Of a stretch of 64,000 nucleotides of DNA, positions 1-8,974 are shown one piece after another. This DNA comes from a virus. Where the stretch lies: positions 1 to 64,000 of IMG/VR virus record IMGVR_UViG_3300025168_000054. The stretch is one strand, 5' to 3'. Position numbers and translations under genes: made by a program. Numbering within the stretch: the first letter of the stretch is position 1; each line of letters starts with the position of its first letter. The notes below the pieces were generated by a model that saw only the letters and a program-made list of their open reading frames with translations, ran no database searches and was not told the DNA's origin.

Positions 1-364
1 AGACTCCCGCGGCGGGCTTCACGACAGCGTCGACCTTAGCCTGTAGGACTTCGTGTCGACCGTAGAGGCCTCCTACCTTCCGCTCCACTCGTTCGGTGGT
101 CTCGAGGATCTTGGACCCTTGGTCGTGGCATTCGCGCATGGACGAAAGCCACGCGATCCGGTCGGCGTCATGACTGAGTCGCTCGGCCTCGGACTGCTCG
201 ATCATGGCGTCGACCTGAGCAAGATGCTTGACGACAAGCGCCGAGCCAGCCGGAACGACGGTCTCTTTCACGAATCTCGCCGCGTACCAGACGAGACCGA
301 CGAGCAGCACGACGGACGAAGCTGGACCGGTGAGAAGGCTAATGATTTCCAAATGTTCTTCCAT
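1..364 (-). CDS. Holin-like single-TM/coiled-coil protein, 3' end runs off window (missing from ORF track)
   Basis: My translation from ATG 364: MEEHLEIISLLTGPASSVVLLVGLVWYAARFVKETVVP...VDAVVKPAAGV, open to base 1; one hydrophobic segment then an amphipathic helix; starts 1 nt after upstream TGA (TGAcATG). Confidence 0.6.
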   Translation of the reverse strand, partial: MEEHLEIISLLTGPASSVVLLVGLVWYAARFVKETVVPAGSALVVKHLAQVDAMIEQSEAERLSHDADRIAWLSSMRECHDQGSKILETTERVERKVGGLYGRHEVLQAKVDAVVKPAAGV

Positions 365-365
365 G

Positions 366-593
366 TCAACTCCCATAACCAGCGGCGATGAGGGCGTCGG
401 CGACAGCTTGGGCAGTCGGCTTGGCGTCCGCAGCGAGAAGGTCCGCAGGCAGTCTTGCGATGCGGGCCGCAGCAAGGGCGTTGGCCTCGGCAACAGGGAT
501 TAGCACGACGACCTGGGCGTATGCCTGCGAACCGCTGCCGTCGTCATAGTCGATCATCTGCTCGGGAGGAACAGTTGTTGCGGTAATCGCCAT
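366..593 (-). CDS. Small protein, paralog of 1653-1895 (putative fibre partner/chaperone)
   Basis: Shares VLIP...L.A..[KR]P.A....DAL...GS with 1653-1895; directly follows fibre-like gene. Confidence 0.7.
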   Translation of the reverse strand: MAITATTVPPEQMIDYDDGSGSQAYAQVVVLIPVAEANALAAARIARLPADLLAADAKPTAQAVADALIAAGYGS

Positions 594-594
594 A

Positions 595-1653
595 CTACGC
601 CGTCCTTAGCCGATAGGCTTGAATCTTGAACTCGGCAGACCCTACAAAGTTGTTGAACTGAAGGTGGATATAGCGTCGATTACCCGGTGTTCCTGCGCCA
701 GACGGCCCACGCCAGTCCTCGGGACCGGCAGTCCCCAACTGCTTACCGTCAACAGCCGGAAGAGACGCAGTCCCTTGGTCGAAAGACAGCTGAACGTAAT
801 CGCCGAGGATGATCCCCTGCATGCGGGTCGGCGTCGTCGTGTAGTCGGTGATCGTTCGGCTGTTGGCCGTGGTGAACTGCAGCGACGGGTACCGCGTGCA
901 TTCCCTCTCCAGCAACTTCGTCACGCCCGTGTCCCCGAGCAGCCACTGAAAATGGCCAGTGTTGTGCGGAATCGTTGTGTCGTCGGCAACTTGCCAGAAG
1001 ATCGCCGCCGAGCTGCCGCCGCTTGCGACGTTGGTCGCAACGCCGTTTACGACCCAGGGGGAGTCGTCTACATCCGCCCCGATGTCGATGATCAAGTACG
1101 CCTTGTTGCCACTACTGAGCGTACACGCGATGGTGCCCGAAGACATCGCCAGAGCGCTTGGCCCGCTGGTGCCACGGTAGTCCAAGGTCACCGACAGGCC
1201 CCCGACCGTGTGAGCGCCGGCGCCGCCGGAACCCCCTCCACCTGTCGTCAGGAAGTTGTAGCTTGTACCTGAAAAATCAACGAGGTCAGCAAGCGTGACT
1301 CCGCTGGCTGCGGCTGCAATGCTGAACGTATGTGTAGCTGTGGCAAGGGCGTTGTTGCTTGAGTCTCGGGCGGTCAGGGACAGAGTTCCAGTGTTTCCGT
1401 TGGCGTTGTTTCCAAACACATACGGGCCGCGATCTGTGCGACTGGAGATAGACGATGAGCCCACGGCATTCGTGACTACCGCGAGGTAGTTACTTTCGTC
1501 GATTAGCCCGCCGCTGTCGGTGAACGCGCTAAACGTCTTGTTTGACAGAGACGCACCCGCAGACACAGACTGAGACGTAGCCGAAGGGGCCGTGACGGTC
1601 GAGTTGTTACCGCCGCCTGCGCTGGGTCCGGGGAACACGGGAGCGATGGGCAT
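595..1653 (-). CDS. Virion fibre/spike-like protein (N-terminal MPIAPVFPG peptide, Ser/Thr-rich beta region, Gly linker, beta-rich C-terminal domain)
   Basis: Start reassigned to ATG 1653 (TGATG overlap with upstream gene); Ser/Thr/Gly-rich, beta-strand-like pattern. Confidence 0.6.
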   Translation of the reverse strand: MPIAPVFPGPSAGGGNNSTVTAPSATSQSVSAGASLSNKTFSAFTDSGGLIDESNYLAVVTNAVGSSSISSRTDRGPYVFGNNANGNTGTLSLTARDSSNNALATATHTFSIAAAASGVTLADLVDFSGTSYNFLTTGGGGSGGAGAHTVGGLSVTLDYRGTSGPSALAMSSGTIACTLSSGNKAYLIIDIGADVDDSPWVVNGVATNVASGGSSAAIFWQVADDTTIPHNTGHFQWLLGDTGVTKLLERECTRYPSLQFTTANSRTITDYTTTPTRMQGIILGDYVQLSFDQGTASLPAVDGKQLGTAGPEDWRGPSGAGTPGNRRYIHLQFNNFVGSAEFKIQAYRLRTA

Positions 1654-1895
1654 CAGCTTCCCTCTTGATAGCGCTTGAGGGCGTCGAGGATGACCCGCGC
1701 CATCGGCCGCGAGTACGCAACCAAGGGCGACGTGTGTGAGCTCGGATCGTAGTTTGCAAGCAGCTCTTCGATCTGGTCGAGCGGGATGAGCACAGGGATC
1801 ACCACACACTCCGCGTCGATAGCCGTACCGTCAGTGTCCTCTCCCATCACGTGTTGGGTTGAGACCTGGGTGAAGTCTGCGTGCATGAAGCTCAT
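1653..1895 (-). CDS. Small protein, paralog of 366-593
   Basis: ATGA overlap with upstream gene; shared VLIP and DAL motifs. Confidence 0.7.
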   Translation of the reverse strand: MSFMHADFTQVSTQHVMGEDTDGTAIDAECVVIPVLIPLDQIEELLANYDPSSHTSPLVAYSRPMARVILDALKRYQEGS

Positions 1896-2647
1896 GGGAT
1901 CACTGTGTTGATTGTCTGTGCGACAAACGTGGCCCGGAACCTCTGCTGGTCTCCCGCGGCGATGGTTACCGAACTACCGCTGGTGCCGACTCCAACCATA
2001 ATGTGCTGCGCGGTGCTCGCGGCGAGGTCCGTGTTGCCGTTCCGGTTGCCAAGCTTTTCTTGGAGCTCGCCAGCTTTTAAGCCCACATAATAGCCGCCAA
2101 TCATTTTCCGCCCGACGCGCAGGTTGGTGCTGATTCCGTGTGTGGTGTTTGCGTTACCAACCGCCGTCGAAGCACTTTTCTGCCACGTCCCGTAGACGCG
2201 ATTGCCGGTACCGCTGCGAGTGGCGATCCCGCCTGAACCGTCCATCGTGTCGATTACCACAGAGCTGGCGTCAGTCGCGGCGCCTACCACAACAGCCTGA
2301 TTGAAGTCGCCGTAGTCGGCCGACGCGTCCAGAGCCATCACCGTGGTGAGGATGAGCTGGTTGTCCGTGGTGATTGCGGTGTTGTCAATCGCCAACGCCT
2401 TGTACCACCGAGGTGCTCGGTGTTCGCCCCCAGCATTCCATTGGTAGTTCTGTGACCCCGAGCCAAGCACGTTCCAGGTCACCGTATTGAACCCACCACT
2501 AAAGCTCACAGTGTCAATCAGACTGTCGGGGTCAAGCAGAGTCCATGAACCGTCGGTCAGGTCCACCACGTCACCGCCCATGTTCAGCAGCGACACGCCC
2601 GTGCTGCCACCGGTCGTGACACCAGGAAAGACAGGGGCGATTGGCAT
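1892..2647 (-). CDS. Virion fibre/spike-like protein 2 (N-terminal MPIAPVFPG, lectin-like beta-rich body)
   Basis: First 9 aa identical to 595-1653; Gly/Thr/Ser-rich. Confidence 0.6.
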   Translation of the reverse strand: MPIAPVFPGVTTGGSTGVSLLNMGGDVVDLTDGSWTLLDPDSLIDTVSFSGGFNTVTWNVLGSGSQNYQWNAGGEHRAPRWYKALAIDNTAITTDNQLILTTVMALDASADYGDFNQAVVVGAATDASSVVIDTMDGSGGIATRSGTGNRVYGTWQKSASTAVGNANTTHGISTNLRVGRKMIGGYYVGLKAGELQEKLGNRNGNTDLAASTAQHIMVGVGTSGSSVTIAAGDQQRFRATFVAQTINTVIP

Positions 2648-3072
2648 CAGTCAGTCCAGGTCAGACGAACCGCTGTCCGCACAATATCCACGGTTCCGGT
2701 GTCGGTCTTGAAGAACGCAAACACCGAGTCTGACTTACTCAGGTCTGAGTATGGGATGTCGATACTGTAGACCGCGGAACCTTCTGTCACGGTGCTGATG
2801 CCAAGCGCCAGCGTAGCCTCTGTGTCGGGGACGATGATGGAAATATCTCCGTCAGCTCCGTCGGTTCCGATCTTCACGGTCAACTTCGTAGCGCTGCTGG
2901 CCAACGAGGTAATGTCGACGTACAGCGCCCCGAGACGGCCGACGAACGGCTGCCCCACCACTCGCTTCGGGTGTGGTGTGTTCAGCTTCAGCTCGACGAG
3001 CTTATCGTCGTCAAACGCGCCGGTGATACTCAGCTCCCCACCGGATTCACCAATCGCCGTATAAATGCCCAT
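2647..3072 (-). CDS. Small all-beta virion protein, putative spike base; paralog of 40692-41141
   Basis: Collinear similarity to 40692-41141 incl. C-terminal RLTWTD vs FLSWRS. Confidence 0.55.
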   Translation of the reverse strand: MGIYTAIGESGGELSITGAFDDDKLVELKLNTPHPKRVVGQPFVGRLGALYVDITSLASSATKLTVKIGTDGADGDISIIVPDTEATLALGISTVTEGSAVYSIDIPYSDLSKSDSVFAFFKTDTGTVDIVRTAVRLTWTD

Positions 3073-3090
3073 GATAGACCTCGCAGCCGA

Positions 3091-3101
3091 AGCATAGCAC
3101 G
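3091..3101 (-). promoter_or_regulatory. Extended -10-like motif CGTGCTATGCT
   Basis: Matches the recurrent GTGnTAnnCT motif; 18 nt upstream of ATG 3072. Confidence 0.5.
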
Positions 3102-3111
3102 GGGCGCAAGG

Positions 3112-3768
3112 TCAGTCCCGGTCGTCATAGAAGAACTGGCCATCTCCTTCGACGGTCCAGCTGTCTTCGACGGAGTGGTCGAACCGATTTTCGGTGAACT
3201 TCGGTGTCGCGCCCTTCTTCAGGATGTACGGATCGGTGAAGCTCGGGTCATGGAAGCAGCAGTAGTTGTTGGGTACCAAGCAGAAGTTTCCGTTATCCAA
3301 GGCGATGAAGTGCCCCTGCTTGTGCTGCCACGGCGTGTCGCTGTAGCCGTTGCCCCACCAGTCGATCGTCCACATGTAGCGACCCTGGGCGACCTCGCCG
3401 CTGCGCGGCAGTCGAACCCACACCAGCGAGGGCAGTCCGCGGAAACACTCAACGCTGAAGTTCTCTCCGAAGCAGTCCCATGCCTGCAGGTTGCGCAGTG
3501 GCATCTCCTTGACCTTCGCGGGGTCGAGCTCGTTGTTCTGCCCGTCATGACACAGCGCACTGATGGGGATGGCTGGACCAGCCCAGGAGGCCCCGTTCTC
3601 CAGCAGAAGGTTGAACCCCAAGGCCTTACCGCAGCGGCTCCTGACGCCGTACACAGCGGCCTTCATCACGGGGTCGTGTCCGGCAGGCAGCTTGCCTCCG
3701 TAAAAGTACCGCATGCGGACATAGCAGTAGAAGACTTCGTCGGGCAGGCTCGAGTGTAGGACGGCCAT
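3112..3768 (-). CDS. Conserved phage hypothetical protein
   Basis: CYVRxxY...PISAL...LQAWDCF...HK...LDNGNF...PNN pattern I recognise from a widespread uncharacterised phage family. Confidence 0.7.
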   Translation of the reverse strand: MAVLHSSLPDEVFYCYVRMRYFYGGKLPAGHDPVMKAAVYGVRSRCGKALGFNLLLENGASWAGPAIPISALCHDGQNNELDPAKVKEMPLRNLQAWDCFGENFSVECFRGLPSLVWVRLPRSGEVAQGRYMWTIDWWGNGYSDTPWQHKQGHFIALDNGNFCLVPNNYCCFHDPSFTDPYILKKGATPKFTENRFDHSVEDSWTVEGDGQFFYDDRD

Positions 3769-3770
3769 GA

Positions 3771-4280
3771 TTACTCCTTCAGGCAGGCGAATGCAGCTCC
3801 CGTATCTTGTAACACACGTGTGTGACGGAGCAGCGCATATCTCACCAAGTCGAAAGGCTCGTTGACGTAGTTACATATTCGTTCGACTGTCTGCAGGCCG
3901 TACGGCGTCTCGTAGGGCAGCACCAGCGGGTGCAACTGAAGCGCTTCTTTGAAGCCCGTTTCCAGGCCAGTAAAGGTTTCTCGCTCTGCGAACGGCGTGT
4001 TTCCGACTGCTTTTCGGTAGCTGGGAATCACCTCAGTCAGCGGCCGTTCGACGACCACCAGCCGGGGCACCATGCGGAGCAGGTCAGGGTACAGCAGCCA
4101 CGAAGATGAGCAGTCACCGTCAAGGCCGTGCATCGCTGCAACATGAGCTTGACGCACGGTGCGCTCTGAGTTCATGAATGAAAGCGCGCCTTCATGGCCG
4201 ACGACACTGTCCCCCTTGTAGAGGTAGTTCGCCAACCACCCGTGCCCTGAGCGCGGGTAGCCTGTGATGATGAACTTCAT
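3771..4280 (-). CDS. Sulfotransferase-like P-loop protein
   Basis: N-terminal FIITGYPRSGHGWLANYL followed by HE, resembling the 5'-PSB loop of sulfotransferases; start ATG 4280. Confidence 0.65.
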   Translation of the reverse strand: MKFIITGYPRSGHGWLANYLYKGDSVVGHEGALSFMNSERTVRQAHVAAMHGLDGDCSSSWLLYPDLLRMVPRLVVVERPLTEVIPSYRKAVGNTPFAERETFTGLETGFKEALQLHPLVLPYETPYGLQTVERICNYVNEPFDLVRYALLRHTRVLQDTGAAFACLKE

Positions 4281-4603
4281 CAAGACGTTGAGATGACCAG
4301 CTTTTTCTTCTTGCCCGACTTCTTGCGCTTCGCTGTGCTGGAGCGCTTACGGCCAGGGTTGGAGTGCTGGTATGGGATACGCTTCGGCCCCGTCTTGGTC
4401 TTTTTGAAGCGCTTCTTCTCCTCAGAACTCATCTCACTCGCGGTCTTGGGCGTATCTTTTGATACACGCTTCGACGGCCGGCAGGCGGGGTACTTGCTCT
4501 TCCGAGACTTTTCGCTCTTCTGCCGACCGCATGGCTTGCCGGTCTTAATGTCGACCCACTCTTCCTTGAACCAGCGATCGAGACCGCCCTTGGTCTTTGC
4601 CAT
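4280..4603 (-). CDS. DUF5872-like basic protein (C-terminal half)
   Basis: GLDRWFKEEWVDIKTGKPCGR...YPACRPSKRVS.DTPKT; start ATG 4603. Confidence 0.65.
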   Translation of the reverse strand: MAKTKGGLDRWFKEEWVDIKTGKPCGRQKSEKSRKSKYPACRPSKRVSKDTPKTASEMSSEEKKRFKKTKTGPKRIPYQHSNPGRKRSSTAKRKKSGKKKKLVISTS

Positions 4604-4785
4604 CAGTCCCTCCCGCCAGCTTTGAGCTTTACCTTCTTGTACTTGCCCCCGCGCTTCTTGTACTCGCGGACAATCCATCCGTTAGCATAGGCAGATGGGT
4701 AGACCTTGAACTTCTTCTTCGCCGCAGCTTTTACGCGGGCGTAGAGAGCCTTGTCAGTGGGCACGTTCTTGGTCTTGGCAGCCAT
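4603..4785 (-). CDS. DUF5872-like basic protein (N-terminal half)
   Basis: PTDKALYARVKAAAKKKFKVYPSAYANGWIVREYKKRGGKY. Confidence 0.65.
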   Translation of the reverse strand: MAAKTKNVPTDKALYARVKAAAKKKFKVYPSAYANGWIVREYKKRGGKYKKVKLKAGGRD

Positions 4786-4788
4786 GGG

Positions 4789-5799
4789 TCAGCCTCGTCG
4801 CCGGGAAGCAAACAACTGTTCTTCCATCTGTTGCTTGAGGTCGGCGTAAGATGCTCGACCGCCAGAGACCGAAGGTGGCTCGTAGGCGGCAGAGGACTCG
4901 TTGTTCATCACGTCGATAGACGCAGGGACGTCTTCAGGCGCGGTTGGGTTGAACTGCGGGAACAGTGCGCCCGTCATCTTCAGCGCGGTCTGGGGGTCTT
5001 GTGCGGCCCCTGTCTCGAGCAGCGTCGTGAAGGTAGTCAGCGCGTCTTCGTTGTTGTCATCCCACAGGTCAGGAGCGGTTTCGCTGACCCACTTGATGAG
5101 TCCGTCGAGGACTTCTTCGTTACGGGCCTGCTCCTGCTCAGCGGCAACTTGTCGCTGCTCTTGCAGCTGCTGACGAAGCTGTTCGCGTTCTTGCTCGACG
5201 GGAGACAGGCGTTCGCTGAAGTCTTTTTCCAGCTGCTCTCTCAGGATCTTCTCAGCAGCCTCTCGCTCACCGGTTGCGGACTCCAGCTTCTGCCGGAGCT
5301 CGTCGGCTTCGCGAAGCGCTTGGGTCCCAAGGTCTTCACCCGTGTCGAGCCAGCGCTTGTAGCGAGAGAGCTCTGAGGCGAGCTTCTGCTCTTTGTCTTC
5401 GGCCGCCTTTCGGAACTCGGCCATCTCTTGCGTCTTCTTGGTGAAGCCGCTCTCGAGATGCTTGTACTTGGTCTGCATCCCGTCGAGGAGCAGGTTGCGA
5501 TGCTTCTCCTCGATGCTGTTGAACCATTTTGAGTCACTGAGAGAGTCAATCTCTCCGTTCCACGAAACGGCGGTCTCTTCGACCATTCCTGCGTCAGGGG
5601 TTGAAGGTGCTCCCACCGATGACTCGGCGGTTGGTGACCGTACCTCGCTGCCGAGATCGGTGGGAGCGCTACCAGAACTGGGGGACTCGTCTGAGGCGGG
5701 AGGGGATACCGCCTGCGTAGTTGTCGACGACTCCGCCGGGGCAGGAGACCCGGTGTCAGTGCTGGTAGCTTCGGGGGTGTTGCTCACTTCGGTTTCCAC
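4789..5799 (-). CDS. Capsid scaffolding protein (putative)
   Basis: Disordered acidic N-terminus, GFTKKTQEMAE motif (cf. DYTxKTQxLA of scaffolds), long coiled coil; AGGAG RBS. Confidence 0.75.
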   Translation of the reverse strand: METEVSNTPEATSTDTGSPAPAESSTTTQAVSPPASDESPSSGSAPTDLGSEVRSPTAESSVGAPSTPDAGMVEETAVSWNGEIDSLSDSKWFNSIEEKHRNLLLDGMQTKYKHLESGFTKKTQEMAEFRKAAEDKEQKLASELSRYKRWLDTGEDLGTQALREADELRQKLESATGEREAAEKILREQLEKDFSERLSPVEQEREQLRQQLQEQRQVAAEQEQARNEEVLDGLIKWVSETAPDLWDDNNEDALTTFTTLLETGAAQDPQTALKMTGALFPQFNPTAPEDVPASIDVMNNESSAAYEPPSVSGGRASYADLKQQMEEQLFASRRRG

Positions 5800-5817
5800 G
5801 TACCACTCCTATAGATT

Positions 5818-6390
5818 TCACATTCCGGGGGGCATACCAGGACCAGGCGCTGCGGGAGCGCCCATCGGCGGTCCACCCATGTCGGGACCAGCGGGCGCGC
5901 CGCCGGCCATATCCATGGGCTGGTTCATCTGGTCCTTCATGGCCATTGCGGCCTTCTCGCCCATGCTCATGATGATCTTCTTGAGCATGTCGTAGTTGCC
6001 CTTGATCTTCTTTGCCATCTGGTCAGGAGACATGTCGGCAAGGTCAGCCATTGCCATGGCCTCGCCGTAGACAGCCTGCGCGGTGATGTCATCAAGATCG
6101 AGGACGTCAGCGAACACCTTGACGGGGTCCTTGTCTGCGTCGCCGCCAGCCATGTTGGCGTCATCCTTGGCACCCATCTCGGCGGACTCAGTCACCTCGG
6201 TCTCTTCGACCTCCTCGACTTCTTCGTCCTTACCGCCGGGCCCTCCAATCTTTTCGAGCTCAGCCATCATGGTTTCTTCGCTCATCTCTTCTCCGCCCTT
6301 CATCTCGGCGTCATCCTCTTCGGGCTTGTCGGCCTTCTTCTTCTTGGACTTCATCCGATCCTTGAGCATCTTTGCGGAACCCTTAGCCAT
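5818..6390 (-). CDS. Hypothetical low-complexity (Met/Glu/Gly/Pro-rich) protein
   Basis: ORF with GAGG RBS in packaging operon. Confidence 0.7.
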   Translation of the reverse strand: MAKGSAKMLKDRMKSKKKKADKPEEDDAEMKGGEEMSEETMMAELEKIGGPGGKDEEVEEVEETEVTESAEMGAKDDANMAGGDADKDPVKVFADVLDLDDITAQAVYGEAMAMADLADMSPDQMAKKIKGNYDMLKKIIMSMGEKAAMAMKDQMNQPMDMAGGAPAGPDMGGPPMGAPAAPGPGMPPGM

Positions 6391-6398
6391 GACTTACC

Positions 6399-6884
6399 TC
6401 ACGTGATGTGTTTGAACGAGTTGGCGGTGTTAGCGACCTTTTGGCGAGCATTAGCGACCGCCGTCGATCCGAGGTTACCACGCTCGGCTTTCTCCAGCTT
6501 CCTCTGGGCAGATTCAACGCGTTGCTCTGCAACAGCCTGAACATCGACACCGCGAGCTTTGCGACTGTTGGCAATCCGGCTTCGTCGATCTTCGATGCGA
6601 CGATCGACCTGACGGTCGGTAAACGAATCAACCTTGACGTGCTTGCCGGGGTTCTTGGCCTCAAGCTGCCGCTTGTAGACCGCAAAGTCACCGGTCGAGA
6701 CTTCCTTGCCGTCGATGTTCATGGAGCCGAAGCCCGAGAACGACGGGGACGCACCGCTGAACCAACCAATGCGGGTCGGAGCACCGCAGTGCTCGCACGG
6801 GGGCGGCCCATCGGCACGACGGTAAATCTCGGCGGGCATGCCGTGACCGTTCTCGCAGATGAGGTCGTGAGATACGAAACTCAC
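6399..6884 (-). CDS. Zinc-ribbon (FmdB-like) protein
   Basis: CENGH...CEHCG N-terminus; GTGA overlap. Confidence 0.6.
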   Translation of the reverse strand: MSFVSHDLICENGHGMPAEIYRRADGPPPCEHCGAPTRIGWFSGASPSFSGFGSMNIDGKEVSTGDFAVYKRQLEAKNPGKHVKVDSFTDRQVDRRIEDRRSRIANSRKARGVDVQAVAEQRVESAQRKLEKAERGNLGSTAVANARQKVANTANSFKHIT

Positions 6885-7207
6885 CGGCTCGCCTGAGCCT
6901 TATCTGCTTCTCCCGCCAGCCGGTTCTCGAGGTTTTCACGCTCTTTGTTGACGGCTTTTTCGAGCGAATCGAGGTCGTAAAAATCGTCGCCTGCTACTGG
7001 GGCGCGCAACTTTTTGGCGATGGTCTTCAGCTGATTCATCGAGCCGGGGATGCCGCTGTAGCCCTCCTGCTTTTCCGCCGCAGCTTTGCGAAGCCGCGAG
7101 TCTTGATCGCGGACCGCTCGGACAGACGCGGAAAACTTGTTGAGGCTTGCCAGATCGACAGAGTTGTCTTTGAGTTTCTCGAGAGTTTCGTCGTACTCGA
7201 ACTTCAT
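6881..7207 (-). CDS. Hypothetical helical protein
   Basis: ORF with AGGAG RBS downstream of portal. Confidence 0.65.
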   Translation of the reverse strand: MKFEYDETLEKLKDNSVDLASLNKFSASVRAVRDQDSRLRKAAAEKQEGYSGIPGSMNQLKTIAKKLRAPVAGDDFYDLDSLEKAVNKERENLENRLAGEADKAQASR

Positions 7208-7216
7208 ATCGGTCTC

Positions 7217-8974
7217 CTACTGGGGCGGGCTCTGGCCCTGCATCTGAGCCAGACGCTGGACTTCTGCGAGGACTTCGGGGGGAAGGTCATTCATCTCGCC
7301 ACCGGCCTCAGCCTGGGCGACTGACCGCTCGGTTGGCTGCTGACCGCCGGGCTGCTGCGGAGGCTGCTGCGGCTCTTCGCGAACGGCGGCGCCGCCCTTG
7401 GCGACCTGCTGCTGTTGAGCAGCGGCAGCCTGCTGGGCCTGCGCCATTGCCTGTCGCGCCTGAGCCTCGGGGATGAGGATGCGGTTGGGCAAGCCCAGAC
7501 CACTGACGAGCTCCTCGAACAGCTTGAACATGTCGACGTTCGGAGCCTGGGCAAGCAACGGAATCATTGCCTGCAAGGTCTCGAGCAGAACCGCGGGGTT
7601 CTTCCGAATCGGGTTGTACGACACCATCTCGAAGTCCATCTTCAGCTGCTTGAGCTGCTGGGTCCCGAGGTGCGTGAACAGGTCGCTGCCGGAGAGGCGA
7701 ACCATCTTCGGCTTCTTCATGTAGCGCTGCATCAGGTAGAACATCTTCGCAGCGACGTCCTCGAGGGCGGTGTTCAGGTGACCCTCACGGGTCGCCAGCC
7801 GGGTCCTCATCTGTGCGTCGATGATGGCCATCTCCGTCGCGGTCTTGGCTCCGGCGACCTGGCCACGTGCGGCCTCTGCCAGCGCGCTCTGGAAGGCCGC
7901 GTCGGCCTCCAGACGGCTGATGAACGAGATGATGGCCTCGGGCACCTGGGGCCGAGGCATCTCGTAGAACAGCGCACCGAAGTTGCGGAGCTCGTCAACT
8001 CCTTCAGCGTCGACCGGCACGAACGAGCCGACCATTGCTTCCATCGCCTTGTCGAGCGTGGAGCTGTCGATCTTCCCGGCATCGTACAGAATCTTCGGGA
8101 CGTTCAGGTAGGTGATGCGCTTCCACAGGGTCAGCAGCTGGTTGATGTTCGTCTGCTGGTCGAGGACCAACTGAACCTCGGAGATGCCCGTGCAGTCGAT
8201 GCCGCTGTGGTTCAGTGAGTACATACTGAACGGAACGAAGTCCAGCTGACCCTTGAACAGCACGTGGTCCGCCCCCTTGTGGTAGTGGACGACCGTGTTG
8301 CTCTCGAGGTCATAGAACTCGTAGACCAGGATGCGCTTGTCGATCCCCGCGAAGCGAGTCATCGACGTCTTCTGCACGTCGTCGAGCATCCAGGTCGGGA
8401 ACGCTTCCGGCTCAATCTTGTCGTGAGCTTCGTAGCGCCCTGACTTCACCTTGGCCTTGAAAGCCGCAGGAGTGAGGGGGCAAGCCTGAATCCAGTACCG
8501 GATGTCGTCGTTGTCACGAGCACTCAGGTCGAAGAAGACAGACGCGGGGTTCGGGTTGCTGACAACCGGCGCGTCCTTCTTGCTGTCCCACGACACCTTG
8601 AACACGCCGCGCTTGCAGAGCACGGCGTCCATGAGGGACAGCGCTGAGCGGCGCCGCATGTTGACCGTGCGGAACGCCCACTCCATCAACCCGTTCGTCG
8701 CCCCCGCCAGCTCTTGACCGTCAGGGTTCTGGGGCTGTGCGGCGACCTGTGGGTTCGGTCCCAGCAGGCTGCTGATGGCAGTGTCGGTGATGGCGTAGAT
8801 GAGATTCTTCTGGGCGTACATCGAGGACATGCGAGCGTCGAGTGTCGAGCCCTGCTTCTCGAACGTCTCCCAGAAGTCCCCGCGGTAGTAGGACCGAGCA
8901 CGATCGAAGTCGTTCTTCTCGTAGTCCTTGTAGTACGCAAGGTGCTGGTCAATCAGGTCTTTCAGCTTGGCCAC
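7217..8974 (-). CDS. Portal protein
   Basis: 585 aa, NLIYA..., KRGVFKVSWD, RGQ...KTATE motif of podoviral portals, Gln-rich C-terminal tail. Confidence 0.9.
   Translation of the reverse strand: MAKLKDLIDQHLAYYKDYEKNDFDRARSYYRGDFWETFEKQGSTLDARMSSMYAQKNLIYAITDTAISSLLGPNPQVAAQPQNPDGQELAGATNGLMEWAFRTVNMRRRSALSLMDAVLCKRGVFKVSWDSKKDAPVVSNPNPASVFFDLSARDNDDIRYWIQACPLTPAAFKAKVKSGRYEAHDKIEPEAFPTWMLDDVQKTSMTRFAGIDKRILVYEFYDLESNTVVHYHKGADHVLFKGQLDFVPFSMYSLNHSGIDCTGISEVQLVLDQQTNINQLLTLWKRITYLNVPKILYDAGKIDSSTLDKAMEAMVGSFVPVDAEGVDELRNFGALFYEMPRPQVPEAIISFISRLEADAAFQSALAEAARGQVAGAKTATEMAIIDAQMRTRLATREGHLNTALEDVAAKMFYLMQRYMKKPKMVRLSGSDLFTHLGTQQLKQLKMDFEMVSYNPIRKNPAVLLETLQAMIPLLAQAPNVDMFKLFEELVSGLGLPNRILIPEAQARQAMAQAQQAAAAQQQQVAKGGAAVREEPQQPPQQPGGQQPTERSVAQAEAGGEMNDLPPEVLAEVQRLAQMQGQSPPQ

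Noticed and set aside
53-391. 112-aa plus-strand ORF
   Set aside because: Antisense shadow of the minus-strand holin-like gene 1-364, which fits operon direction and has an RBS
595-2647. Diversity-generating retroelement acting on the paired fibre genes
   Set aside because: No reverse transcriptase and no adenine-specific TR/VR pair seen; similarity is protein-level and N-terminal
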